Positions 49,382 to 58,979 of a stretch of 64,000 bases of DNA are shown one piece after another; the first letter of the stretch is position 1; the number at the start of each line of letters is the position of its first letter. This DNA is from an uncultured Gammaproteobacteria bacterium (GTDB lineage Bacteria; Patescibacteriota; Microgenomatia; UBA10105; UBA927), in NCBI GenBank assembly GCA_964573695.1, contig CAZNKB010000001.1, forward strand, positions 132,497 to 196,496, written 5' to 3'. The position numbers were made by a program, and so were the translations under genes. The notes under the pieces are model-generated. The model worked only from the letters and a program-made list of their open reading frames with translations. It was not told the DNA's origin and did no database searches.

Positions 49382-51820
49382 TTAACACTCCGAATACCCG
49401 CATGAGTAGCATTTCTTGCAGGACTCCTCAAAGACAAGGCTCCCTTCACCGCAGCTCGGACACAAGTCGACCGTCACCATACGGCGCTCGGTAAGCAACA
49501 TCTGGGTTGCCGGCACCGTCATCGGCTTGTCTGCCGGCTCTACATTCGGCCCGGGTGTCGCCGGCACGTGACCGTTACCATTGCTATTTGCCGTATGTCC
49601 ATTTGCCGAAAGAGGATTAATCGGAGCATCAACCCTGTGTTTTGCAAAAAATCCGAAATGCCGATCGATCACTTTTGCCACGGCATCAGGCAATGACCGG
49701 ACTCTGTTCTCCCCAAATCCCAAACTTCTGGCTCCCCCGATTCCGATAAGCTCACTCGCTACTCTATGTGCACGTTCCATTGGGGAAATCGGCGAGGCGA
49801 CCCGAAGGACCAGTGAAATCAATCTTCCCATAGCTTCCGCCATGGCCGTCACATCGCTTCCTGCCTTCCCGACGTTTACAAATACCTCGAGAGGCTGTTC
49901 TCCGCCGTTGGTGTTTATCGTGATATACGCCTGCCCCATAGGGGTTTCCAGCTGATACGTCGACCCGTGTACCACGGCAGGTCTGGGCTTTACCTCGGCG
50001 GTCATCATGGGGGACGCAACCTGCTTCACTTCTTCCTTTTTAGTTTCTTCCTCCTTGCGCACCAATACGCCTTCCCGACTCCCCTCGCGCATATATGCAA
50101 TTCCTTTGCATCCCAATTCATATGCGAGCGTGTACAAACGCTTGACGTCTTCTATCGTGTGCGTCTTCGGGGCGTTGACGGTTTTGGAAATCGATGCGTC
50201 GACATACTGCTGAATAGCCGCCTGTACGCGCACATGATCTTCCGGAGACAAGTCGTTTGCCGACACGAAATATTCCGGCCGATCCTCACGGGTTGGCTCT
50301 CGACCGTGTTCGATTTTAAACGTCTGGAACCATGCTTCATACAGCGGATGCCGGAGGATATGTTCGCCAAGCCGATCCCGGCGGATAAACTCAAATTCAT
50401 ACACCGGCTCTATGCCGCTTGAGACACCCGCCATAAGCGACGTGCTCCCTGTCGGCGCCTGCTGCAGGATAACGGAATTTCGCACGCCGTACCGTTTCAT
50501 CTTTTTCCGGATTGTCTCCGGCAATTTTTTTATGAAATACGCATCCAGATGCTTTGATTTGTTTATTTTGGGGAACGCACCTTTTTCTTTTGCCAGCTCC
50601 ACCGACGATTCATAAGCGGCATCCCGAATGATCCTGTATATTTTGTCGATAACCGAAAGGCTTTCCTCTGATCCGTATCGGAGCTTCATCTTAATCAAGG
50701 CGTCTCCAAGTCCCATGGTGCCGAGGCCGATCCGGCGCTCGCCATGAAGCTGTACTTCTTTTATCTGGTCAAAGACATAATAATCCGCATCAATTATGTC
50801 GTCCTGGAAACGGACTCCTATTTTGGCTACCTGGGCAAGGCGCTCGAAGTCCATTTCCCCTTTATCGTTGACAAGGGCTGCAAGATTGATCGACGTCAAG
50901 TTGCATACCCCCCAGTTCGGTAGCCCTTCTTCGCCACAGGGATTGACGCAGTTGACGTATTCAAAGTACGAATTGTTAAACCATTTATTGTACCGCTCCA
51001 TAAACACCACCCCTGGCTCGGCGCTTTTCCATGCAGCGGTAGCAATGAGATCCCAAAGCGCCCTGGCTTTTACGGTTTTCTGGACAATGGGCTTTTTGCC
51101 AAGTGCGATCCAGTTAGGCAGGTACCCATCCCATTTCGTGTCATAATCCGGATCGTGAGTATCAGGAAAACAGAGATTCCAATCCTCATCCTTTTTGACC
51201 GCCTCCATAAAAGCATCGGAAACGCACACGGAAAGATTCGCGCCGTTAATCCTGTGGAGATCCTGTTTTACGGTGATAAATTCTTCTATGTCGGGATGCC
51301 AGTCCCACAACATCAGCATGAGTGCCCCTCTGCGGCTCCCTCCCTGCTGGATGATGTCTTTTGTCGCGACGGAAAATAATTCCGCCCAATTGCAGGGACC
51401 GGAAGAAAACCCATTTACCTTTTGCACGCGCGAACCCCTCGGGCGAAGACTTGAAAGATTGATACCAACTCCCCCGCCCCGTGACATGATCTCTACCATT
51501 TGCGAAAGGGTTGCGAGGATGCCTCCGCGCGAATCATGCGGACTCGGGATAACGAAACAATTATAAAAGGTGACTTTGTACCCCGTCCCTGCACCGGAAA
51601 GAATCCGTCCACCCGGGACAAGTACGAAATCACGCATGGCGTCATAGAACTTCTCTTCCCAGAGTTTGCGGTCTTCTTTTTTTTCTATCAAAGCAACTGC
51701 ACCGGCGACCCTGCGCCACATTTCTTCGGGCGTCTGCTCAATAGCCGTGCCCTGTTCGTCTTTCCTGGCGTAACGATCAGCAAATACGGTTTTTCGGATT
51801 CCGGTAAGATTTGTATCCAT
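49382..51820 (-). CDS. nrdJ: Adenosylcobalamin-dependent ribonucleotide reductase, class II (NrdJ), with C-terminal Cys4 zinc ribbon
   Basis: Class II RNR active-site region (NPCGEEGLPNWGVCNLTSINL, thiyl-radical Cys), B12-binding region, and C-terminal CPSCGEG...CKKCYSCGY. 812 aa. Confidence 0.9.
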   Translation of the reverse strand: MDTNLTGIRKTVFADRYARKDEQGTAIEQTPEEMWRRVAGAVALIEKKEDRKLWEEKFYDAMRDFVLVPGGRILSGAGTGYKVTFYNCFVIPSPHDSRGGILATLSQMVEIMSRGGGVGINLSSLRPRGSRVQKVNGFSSGPCNWAELFSVATKDIIQQGGSRRGALMLMLWDWHPDIEEFITVKQDLHRINGANLSVCVSDAFMEAVKKDEDWNLCFPDTHDPDYDTKWDGYLPNWIALGKKPIVQKTVKARALWDLIATAAWKSAEPGVVFMERYNKWFNNSYFEYVNCVNPCGEEGLPNWGVCNLTSINLAALVNDKGEMDFERLAQVAKIGVRFQDDIIDADYYVFDQIKEVQLHGERRIGLGTMGLGDALIKMKLRYGSEESLSVIDKIYRIIRDAAYESSVELAKEKGAFPKINKSKHLDAYFIKKLPETIRKKMKRYGVRNSVILQQAPTGSTSLMAGVSSGIEPVYEFEFIRRDRLGEHILRHPLYEAWFQTFKIEHGREPTREDRPEYFVSANDLSPEDHVRVQAAIQQYVDASISKTVNAPKTHTIEDVKRLYTLAYELGCKGIAYMREGSREGVLVRKEEETKKEEVKQVASPMMTAEVKPRPAVVHGSTYQLETPMGQAYITINTNGGEQPLEVFVNVGKAGSDVTAMAEAMGRLISLVLRVASPISPMERAHRVASELIGIGGARSLGFGENRVRSLPDAVAKVIDRHFGFFAKHRVDAPINPLSANGHTANSNGNGHVPATPGPNVEPADKPMTVPATQMLLTERRMVTVDLCPSCGEGSLVFEESCKKCYSCGYSEC

Positions 51821-51824
51821 ATAG

Positions 51825-52280
51825 TTATTTCTTTTTGATAAGTTTTTTTAGCTCACCCTCGAATTCATCGAGATCGACAAATTGTTTAAATACGCTTGCA
51901 AACCGAATATAGGCTATCTTATCCAATTTCTTGAGGCGCTTGGCCACCAGCTCTCCTATTTTCTTGCTCGGTAATTCCGTCGTATTCCCGCCGATAAGCT
52001 CCCGCTCCACCTCGTCGACAATTCTCCGTACGTCATCGCCTTTTAACGTCGTCTTACCGCTCGCCCGCCAGATCCCCCGTTCGAGTTTTTCCCGGTCAAA
52101 CGGCTCGCGCCGCTTATCTTTCTTAATCACGGTAAGCGGCACCGTTTCAATCCGTTCATATGTCGTAAACCGCTTCGCGCACTTGCTGCAGCCTCTTCTT
52201 CGTCTCGTGACGGCAAGATCCTCGCTATCTCTTGTTTCTATGACCTCCGTGTCGTTGTTCGTGCAATATGGACATTTCAT
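51825..52280 (-). CDS. nrdR: Transcriptional repressor NrdR
   Basis: MKCPYCTNNDTEVIETR...CSKCAKRFTTYERIE zinc ribbon plus ATP-cone domain. 151 aa. Confidence 0.9.
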   Translation of the reverse strand: MKCPYCTNNDTEVIETRDSEDLAVTRRRRGCSKCAKRFTTYERIETVPLTVIKKDKRREPFDREKLERGIWRASGKTTLKGDDVRRIVDEVERELIGGNTTELPSKKIGELVAKRLKKLDKIAYIRFASVFKQFVDLDEFEGELKKLIKKK

Positions 52281-52323
52281 CGTAGATTCCCTAGTTTCCG
52301 CTTGTTTATCGTGAAATCAAAAA

Positions 52324-52367
52324 ACACTATATTTGGTGTGCTCAAAAATCCTAAAGCACTAACAGTG
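52324..52367. promoter_or_regulatory. Two NrdR-box-like palindromes upstream of nrdR-nrdJ
   Basis: ACACTATATTTGGTGT (52324-52339) and CACTAACAGTG (52357-52367). Centres are ~31 bp apart (three helical turns), as in described tandem NrdR boxes (consensus acaCwAtATaTwGtgt). 45-90 nt upstream of the nrdR start. Confidence 0.5.
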
Positions 52368-52572
52368 GTGAGTCAACTGGCAATTTCTATATCAAATCAC
52401 CCCAACGCAAAAAGCTAGCCTCGTGAAAAGTTTTTGAGGGAAAAGTACGGTGAATCGTATAGCAAAATAGCTGTAGACTATTCTTTTTTGCCGTACTCAC
52501 ACAGTTTTTTATGACCGAAGGACAGATTCTCTTTCCTATATGCACGACCCCGGTGACAATTTTCGTATACGA

Positions 52573-53136
52573 TTATTTTACCTCAACGCCTGACAATTTC
52601 TGAACTCTTGCCGCAATCGCCTCAATCCCACTCGTCACTTCCCCGGAAGCTGATAATACCTCCTTATGCTTTACGAGAGAAAGAGTAAATTTCTCTACCA
52701 AGTGCCCCGGCACCGAACCCCCCGACTGGGCAAAGCCTTCAAGAAGGGTAATTGCCTGTGTCCGGCTAACAAGCGCCTCGGCATACGCCTGTCGGGCATC
52801 AGTTGTTTTTCCCATGGCGGCAAGCGAAACACCCATGTTGAGCTTCTTGTCGGCTTGCAGAATATAGAACTCCGACTTGCTAATGGGATCTGTAATCAAC
52901 AATTCTATAATCCGATCGCGTAAATTCTTGAATATGTATAACGGATGAATCGGAAGGATTCCCGGAAACGGCAACATGTATTCGATAATCGTAGGCGTTG
53001 GCGTAGCTATGGGAGAGGGAGATATCGCCAAGCGTGGTGACGTAGGCTTTGCCGCATAAACACTGCTTCCCAAAAGTACAAGTGCCATGTGCATCACTAC
53101 CACACTAAACCCAATTACGCCGATTATTTTTTTCAT
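52573..53136 (-). CDS. Hypothetical secreted/membrane-anchored alpha-helical protein
   Basis: N-terminal signal/TM (IIGVIGFSVVVMHMALVLLGSSVYA), Pro-rich stretch, then a helical domain. No catalytic motif. Confidence 0.4.
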   Translation of the reverse strand: MKKIIGVIGFSVVVMHMALVLLGSSVYAAKPTSPRLAISPSPIATPTPTIIEYMLPFPGILPIHPLYIFKNLRDRIIELLITDPISKSEFYILQADKKLNMGVSLAAMGKTTDARQAYAEALVSRTQAITLLEGFAQSGGSVPGHLVEKFTLSLVKHKEVLSASGEVTSGIEAIAARVQKLSGVEVK

Positions 53137-53735
53137 GTCTGGCCTCCTTTTTTGTCTAGCCCCATTGTACTCGTTTCCTCTCTATTGGCAAGCGTTGCGA
53201 CGTCTTTGGGCATCACCCCGATCATGGAGCAAATTTCGTTCTCCAGCGCTTTGACTTTCGGGTATGCTGCATCAAGAGTATTCACCGCCTCAGGCGGCAA
53301 CATCTCGTCCCGCCATAAGTGAAACCGCTCATCTACGGTGATAATAGAAAGCTTGACCATTTTGTCAGAAAGATATAACAGTTTTTCCTCAATCGTCTTG
53401 GGTGCGATAGTTTGATCAAGTATCGCATGAAGAGGATGTGTTCTGACCATGTCGGCGATTTCCCCAAATCCCTCCTCCCGAAGAATTCTCACTGCTGCGT
53501 CAGGGTGACGCTCATGGGGAAGCTTGTGTGCCATTTTGTCAATATCGTGAACGAGGGCAGCTGCCTCCAGTAAACGGACCCGGACGGTTATATCATGGTG
53601 CTGCTTCTCCAGTTGGGAAGCAAACCAGGTTGCTGTTTTTGCCACAAGCCGGCAATGGAGCTGTTTATAAGGGGGGAGATTGTGTTGTTTCCAAAGAACC
53701 GCCACCTGTTCGTATGTGGGAATCATAATGATCAC
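53133..53735 (-). CDS. HD-domain phosphohydrolase
   Basis: H...HD (AALVHDIDK) metal-binding signature with downstream His/Asp. Confidence 0.65.
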   Translation of the reverse strand: MIIMIPTYEQVAVLWKQHNLPPYKQLHCRLVAKTATWFASQLEKQHHDITVRVRLLEAAALVHDIDKMAHKLPHERHPDAAVRILREEGFGEIADMVRTHPLHAILDQTIAPKTIEEKLLYLSDKMVKLSIITVDERFHLWRDEMLPPEAVNTLDAAYPKVKALENEICSMIGVMPKDVATLANREETSTMGLDKKGGQT

Positions 53736-53833
53736 TGTTTGTTGCTATTCGACAATTATATATATCCTGTATAGACAAGATAAATACGAGATTACGGGTA
53801 CTTTATATACTCTCGATGCTTTTTTGCTTTTTT

Positions 53834-54448
53834 TCAGGTGCTTTTTGGCTGCCCCGTCAGCTTATAATACCCAAGTGCTTGCAGCACCAATTCGAGGGTC
53901 TGACTCGGACCATGTGAGTAGGTGTTAATAACCAGGTCATAATATTTCGGATCCCAAAAATCATCAACTCCATAAAGCCTCTTCCATTTTCCGATATTGG
54001 CATCTTCACGCTGGCGCAGATGTTCCTTGGCATCCTCTACCGTTGCGTTATCCCGGTTCACAATCCGGTCGATGCGAAGCGAGTCGTCACACATAAGCAA
54101 CACCTTAAGCACATGTGCATACCCTCGGGCGTTCCACCCCGCGATCCAACTTTCGACTGCCATATGAATGTCCGGGCTGGATATTTTTTTCCGGAGTGCT
54201 TGGTCTATCTGATAATCGACATCGTCACCGTAATCAGTGGCCAAATGATGTTTAGGATCTTTCGGATCGTGCTTCCCCTGTTCTATGGAAAATTTTCTTG
54301 ACCAGTCGCCGCCGGAAAAAAAGTCCCAGCCGAACGGCTCCAAACAGGGACGGAGATTCTTAAGAAGCGTGCTTCTGCCTGCTCCTGGTCGCCCGGAAAT
54401 GGCGACGCTTGCATACTTCAAATCGGATAGCACTTTACTCTCACCCAT
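53834..54448 (-). CDS. P-loop nucleoside/nucleotide kinase (cytidylate-kinase-like)
   Basis: Walker A ISGRPGAGRSTL near the N-terminus and a size of ~205 aa consistent with the (d)NMP kinase family. Confidence 0.5.
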   Translation of the reverse strand: MGESKVLSDLKYASVAISGRPGAGRSTLLKNLRPCLEPFGWDFFSGGDWSRKFSIEQGKHDPKDPKHHLATDYGDDVDYQIDQALRKKISSPDIHMAVESWIAGWNARGYAHVLKVLLMCDDSLRIDRIVNRDNATVEDAKEHLRQREDANIGKWKRLYGVDDFWDPKYYDLVINTYSHGPSQTLELVLQALGYYKLTGQPKST

Positions 54449-54555
54449 ACAGCTATTATAGATACACACTATTACGAGTCAAGGGAGACACTTACGTTCG
54501 TTTCGCAAAAAACGCTGCAATTGACAAAAGCTGTCCCTTACGCACATACTATCGT

Positions 54556-55134
54556 ATGCGGATCCAATATCTTTCTGTTACCTGGAAAGACTACCACTCG
54601 CTCTCCCAAAAAATCGCCGCTGCAATTCTTTCCCATGATAAACCTTTTGACATAATCATCGCTATTGGTAGGGGCGGACTGACGTTCGGACATCTGCTGT
54701 CGGATTTCCTGCGTATCCCTATTTGCTCGATCACCATACAAAGCTATACGGATATCCAAAAGCAGGGAGAGGTCCGCATCACCGAAAAGCTTTCCCTGGG
54801 AATCACCGATAAGCGCGTGTTACTCGTCGATGACATCGCCGACACCGGTACGACACTCAAGCGAGCGGTTTCCTATTTGGAGGAATTTACCCCGGCAACC
54901 ATTACGACTGCCACTCTTTTTTATAAGCCGCACTCCTCGGTTCGTCCCGATTATTTCGCCAAACTCACTTCCAAATGGATCTTGCAGCCGTTTGAAGTCA
55001 CCGAATGGATATATACGTTCAGCAAAAAAATGGCGTCAGAAGGCAAATCAAAAGCAGAAATCCAGACTTTTCTCGAATCGCTTGGCTACACAGGCGATCA
55101 GATTAAATTCGTTCGCAGGCATCATCTCCGCTAA
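54556..55134 (+). CDS. Type I phosphoribosyltransferase (purine/xanthine PRTase-like)
   Basis: PRPP-binding motif VLLVDDIADTGTTL. Start chosen at the internal Met (54556-54558), diverging from the kinase gene. Confidence 0.7.
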   Translation: MRIQYLSVTWKDYHSLSQKIAAAILSHDKPFDIIIAIGRGGLTFGHLLSDFLRIPICSITIQSYTDIQKQGEVRITEKLSLGITDKRVLLVDDIADTGTTLKRAVSYLEEFTPATITTATLFYKPHSSVRPDYFAKLTSKWILQPFEVTEWIYTFSKKMASEGKSKAEIQTFLESLGYTGDQIKFVRRHHLR

Positions 55135-55183
55135 CTCTTTCTTTTTTTGACTCTCGAAACCGTCTGCTACCGGCCCCGGAGCT

Positions 55184-56620
55184 TTATTTACTTACGCTTC
55201 CTGATACTCCGTCAAACCTGCCGACTACCCGGGGGAATTTATGATTTGCCCCGAGATTGTTGACCATAAGCATCACATGGCCTGCGGCTCCGAAGTTACT
55301 GCTCGCATCGGCTCCAACCCGGATAAAATCTGTGTCGTTGTCTCCCGTGCGGTAAAATGCAGCATATTTGTCCCCGGTCCGGACAAGCCGAAGTGTGAGC
55401 TTTTTCACTTTGGCATCCAGATTTACACTCGCAGTTTCTGCGAGCGAACCGTCCGGCGCCCGCACCACGAACACGAGCTTACTCACGGTGTTGCCTGATA
55501 CGACCCAACGGAGGTTGCTGGCTTCGTCATCCACATTGCCGGCTGAGACAAATCCCAATGCCGCAAAACCGCTCCCCTCTCCGACAACGGTCGGCTTATA
55601 CACGGTTGTGTTAAGTGTAAAATCCTTGTGCTCGGGAATGACGGGTGAGGTCCTCACAAGCCGCGCATATCGTGGCTTATTGTTCACTCCTCCCGATGCA
55701 AGGGACATGATCAAATTATCGTTCTTATTCTCATAGACTTGCGCTCCGTCTGTTTTGTATACCTTCCAATATTTGCCCATGGCTCCGTCGGAAAAAGCGT
55801 CAGAAAAACTTACGCGCGAGCTCGGATCCCCTTCCCAACCGATACGTACCTGATCCAGGCGTCCCACAACCTTCGGAAACTTACCGCCCGACCCGGTGTT
55901 GTTCGTGAATAAGGAAACTCTGCCCTCATTACCAAGTGTTACATTTGTTTCGTGTCCCAAGGGTATCCAATTGCTATCCCCGCTTAAATCGTTGCCCAAC
56001 TTATAAAATGCACGGTATTTTTTGTTGATCCGGTCAAGACGCAAGATTGCGATATTACCTGCGATATTCACTTGTTCCGTCTCCAATCTCGTTCCGTCGG
56101 CACCATTTACTACAAAAACGGCGGTACTTTTCGTGCCGTTCACTTGCCAGCGAACGGTTGCCGCTTCGTCGTCGTCCGATCCTTTGGAAGAAAACCGGAT
56201 CCCGGTCATACCAACGCCTTCGCCCGTAACGATAGGACGATAGGCTACAACCATGGCACGGAAATCACCGTTATCTTTGAACAACTCGTTAAATGTCAGG
56301 GATCCGCCGCGTGCTTTGTGGTTTATCCCTCCCGCCGGAATATCAAACCTCAAATTATCGGTGGCGGTTTCGGAAACCGTAACCCCCTCGGACTTAACGA
56401 CTGTCCATTTCTCGGGGTTTATCACACCGTCTTTAAATGCGTCGACAAATGATTCGGTAATTTTGGGATTTGCCTGTGAAGCTTTGGATTTGGTAATTGT
56501 CGTGATAAGCGTCGAAAAACTGCCACTAAGGACAAACACCGTGACGAGTATCACCATAAGGGTGACAAACGACACGACCGACAATATATTCTGTTTACCG
56601 GCTGACGGTTTTTTGGCCAT
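55184..56620 (-). CDS. Membrane-anchored protein with two tandem ~200-aa beta-sandwich (lectin/LamG-like?) repeats
   Basis: N-terminal TM. Internal duplication visible by eye (e.g. ...MVVAYRPIVTGEGVGMTGIRFSSKGSDDDEAATVRWQVNG... vs ...TTVYKPTVVGEGSGFAALGFVSAGNVDDEASNLRWVVSG..., and ...KFPKVVGRLDQV... vs ...KFPRVVGRFDGV...). Confidence 0.45.
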   Translation of the reverse strand: MAKKPSAGKQNILSVVSFVTLMVILVTVFVLSGSFSTLITTITKSKASQANPKITESFVDAFKDGVINPEKWTVVKSEGVTVSETATDNLRFDIPAGGINHKARGGSLTFNELFKDNGDFRAMVVAYRPIVTGEGVGMTGIRFSSKGSDDDEAATVRWQVNGTKSTAVFVVNGADGTRLETEQVNIAGNIAILRLDRINKKYRAFYKLGNDLSGDSNWIPLGHETNVTLGNEGRVSLFTNNTGSGGKFPKVVGRLDQVRIGWEGDPSSRVSFSDAFSDGAMGKYWKVYKTDGAQVYENKNDNLIMSLASGGVNNKPRYARLVRTSPVIPEHKDFTLNTTVYKPTVVGEGSGFAALGFVSAGNVDDEASNLRWVVSGNTVSKLVFVVRAPDGSLAETASVNLDAKVKKLTLRLVRTGDKYAAFYRTGDNDTDFIRVGADASSNFGAAGHVMLMVNNLGANHKFPRVVGRFDGVSGSVSK

Positions 56621-56727
56621 AGCAATTATTCCTTTCCTACATATACCAGTACAGCTCATTTACGTATCCCTTGTCAAGGAAGTAGGGGGAGTATAAACGC
56701 TATGATCAAACTGCACCTCTCAACGCT

Positions 56728-58212
56728 TCATTGAGGTTTATTAAGTACGATCGGCCGGAGCCTGCTCATCGCCTCCAAACTATAACGCACTCCCTGGACG
56801 CCTACGCCGGAGCGCTTCACTCCCAAAAATGGAAAATGATCAGGACCACGCTGCGGACTGCCGTTTATCTGGACAGTGCCGACGTTGAGCTTTTTGGCAA
56901 ACACCAACCCGCTTCCTTCATCTCTGGTAAATATACTTGCCTGAAGGCCGTACGCCGATCGGTTAATGATTGCAATTGCTTCGTCAAAAGAAGCGACGTC
57001 GACAAATGACACCACAGGGCCGAACGTTTCTTTAGCGATAATAGGCATGGACGGCAACACCCCGGTAAGTACGGTCGGCTCTATCATCGCTTTGTCCCGT
57101 TTCCCGCCGGTAACGACGGTGGCTCCGTTTTTGACCGACGAACTGATCGCTTCTTCTATACGCATGGCGGCAGCTTCCGAAATAACCGGACCGACCAGCT
57201 TGGTCTCCGGGCTCCTGGGATCTCCGGGGTGAACCATTTCCGGCATGGTCTTCATCACCTGCGCCACCAGCTGCTCACGGATAGCGGGAGTCGTAAGTAC
57301 ATATTTAATACCGGTACACCGTTGTCCGCTGTAGGCAAACGCTCCTTTTATAATTTCCCTGGCCGCAACATTCATATCCGCATCAGGCATCACGACAACG
57401 GGGTTATTGCCCCCGCATTCAAATAACAACGGCTTCATCGCTGCTTTACCCGCGATAGCGACTCCCGTATCCGAGTTACCGGTAAATGCGACCATGGAGA
57501 CACTCGGGTGTGACACGATATAGTCACCGATTTCTTCTCCTGTTCCGGTTACCGTGGAAATCACTCCGGCGGGGACACCTGCTTTTTCGAAAATTCGGAC
57601 CAAATGGAGCGCGGATATCCCTCCTTGTGTCGGCGGTTTTACTACCACGCTGTTTCCCATAAGAAGCGCGGGGGCTATTTTGCTTGCAGACAAATTTACC
57701 GGGTAATTAAACGGCGCTATAGCAAGCACTGTGCCGTAGGCAACCCGCTCAATCATCGCAATTCTTCCTTTTTCAAACCCCGGGAAATTATCGCTATCCA
57801 GCGTATTGCCTTCTATGGACTGCACCTCATCGGCGAAATAATCGATAAGGTCAGCAGTTCTTACTATCTCCCCTTTTGCTTCTTCCGCAGATTTTCCTAC
57901 TTCCCGAACCAACAGTGCAATCAGATAATCCTGATAGTGTCTTATCCAATCAGCAGCCAGATGAACGATCCCCACGCGTTTATTGAGCGGAGTAGCTTCC
58001 CATGCTGATTGTGCTGCGAGCGCCGTACGCATGACCTGATCGATTTCTTCATGGGTGAGAATCGGCATGGTACCGACAAGGCTTCCGTCTATCGGGGAAA
58101 TAACGTCTGCGGTTTTTCCGCTCAAGCCCGGTTTCCAGGAGCTGCCGTCAAAATAATGAAACCGCGGGGGAGTTTGTTGGTTGCTGATATCAGCAAAAAA
58201 ATCGGCAGGCAT
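56728..58212 (-). CDS. NAD(P)-dependent aldehyde dehydrogenase (GapN-like non-phosphorylating type)
   Basis: ALDH-family length (494 aa), Gly-rich cofactor motif (FTGNSDTG), catalytic Glu (LFECGGNNP) and Cys (GQRCTG). Confidence 0.8.
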   Translation of the reverse strand: MPADFFADISNQQTPPRFHYFDGSSWKPGLSGKTADVISPIDGSLVGTMPILTHEEIDQVMRTALAAQSAWEATPLNKRVGIVHLAADWIRHYQDYLIALLVREVGKSAEEAKGEIVRTADLIDYFADEVQSIEGNTLDSDNFPGFEKGRIAMIERVAYGTVLAIAPFNYPVNLSASKIAPALLMGNSVVVKPPTQGGISALHLVRIFEKAGVPAGVISTVTGTGEEIGDYIVSHPSVSMVAFTGNSDTGVAIAGKAAMKPLLFECGGNNPVVVMPDADMNVAAREIIKGAFAYSGQRCTGIKYVLTTPAIREQLVAQVMKTMPEMVHPGDPRSPETKLVGPVISEAAAMRIEEAISSSVKNGATVVTGGKRDKAMIEPTVLTGVLPSMPIIAKETFGPVVSFVDVASFDEAIAIINRSAYGLQASIFTRDEGSGLVFAKKLNVGTVQINGSPQRGPDHFPFLGVKRSGVGVQGVRYSLEAMSRLRPIVLNKPQ

Positions 58213-58239
58213 GCACTCAGTATATAGGGAACCAGAACC

Positions 58240-58971
58240 TCAAGCAACCCGCTTAATGACAACCGCGGTCATGTTCTCTTGTGATCCGTTTGTCGCCGCG
58301 CTTGAAAGAATTGCGTCTACGGCTCTCGCGGCATCTTCTGCGAGATTGCCCGCAAGTCCCATGCCGGTTTGGATATCCGAGGGAGTCAAATAATTCCCAC
58401 ATCCAGCCGAAGTAAGCATCAGGACATCACCCGCTTTCATGGGGCCGGTCACATACTCTGGGACTATTCCCAATCGCTGAATGCCGAGCATTCTGCGTTT
58501 TGACGTATCATACGGAGCGCTGTCACGGGTAAGCTTGGTCACGGCGCTTCCCGAGAGCATCCAGGCACAAGTTTCTCCCTTATAGCCCAACCAATATGTT
58601 TTGGAGCCGATCATAAGAACCGTAAGCGTAGTCGATAATCCTTCCGTAAATCCGTGCTCCCGCTGTTTTTGCCAAATGGACAAATTCGTCGAGCGAAAAA
58701 TCCGCTTCATAAACAGCTTTTTGTCCAGCCAATAATATCGGTGCTGACGAATATGCTTATATCCCCAAATCGCCGTTTCACAAGCCAAACGTGCGGCCGT
58801 ATCGCCGTGCGGCATATCCTTATTACCGTCAGCCAGCACAAAACACTCATCATTAAAATTCATGAAATAATCTTCCTGAACAGGAGCTCCTCCCAAGCGT
58901 TGACTGGCGGCAAATACAAGCGCTTCCTGCGGTTGTTCCCGCCGGAGCGCGTAAGGATTAGGAAGTCGCAT
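58240..58971 (-). CDS. PP2C-family Ser/Thr protein phosphatase
   Basis: Metal-binding Asp motifs (VQEDYF, VLADGNKDMPHG, C-terminal ...LMLTSAG...NG..DN.T) in PP2C order. 243 aa. Confidence 0.6.
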   Translation of the reverse strand: MRLPNPYALRREQPQEALVFAASQRLGGAPVQEDYFMNFNDECFVLADGNKDMPHGDTAARLACETAIWGYKHIRQHRYYWLDKKLFMKRIFRSTNLSIWQKQREHGFTEGLSTTLTVLMIGSKTYWLGYKGETCAWMLSGSAVTKLTRDSAPYDTSKRRMLGIQRLGIVPEYVTGPMKAGDVLMLTSAGCGNYLTPSDIQTGMGLAGNLAEDAARAVDAILSSAATNGSQENMTAVVIKRVA

Positions 58972-58979
58972 ACGTACGT

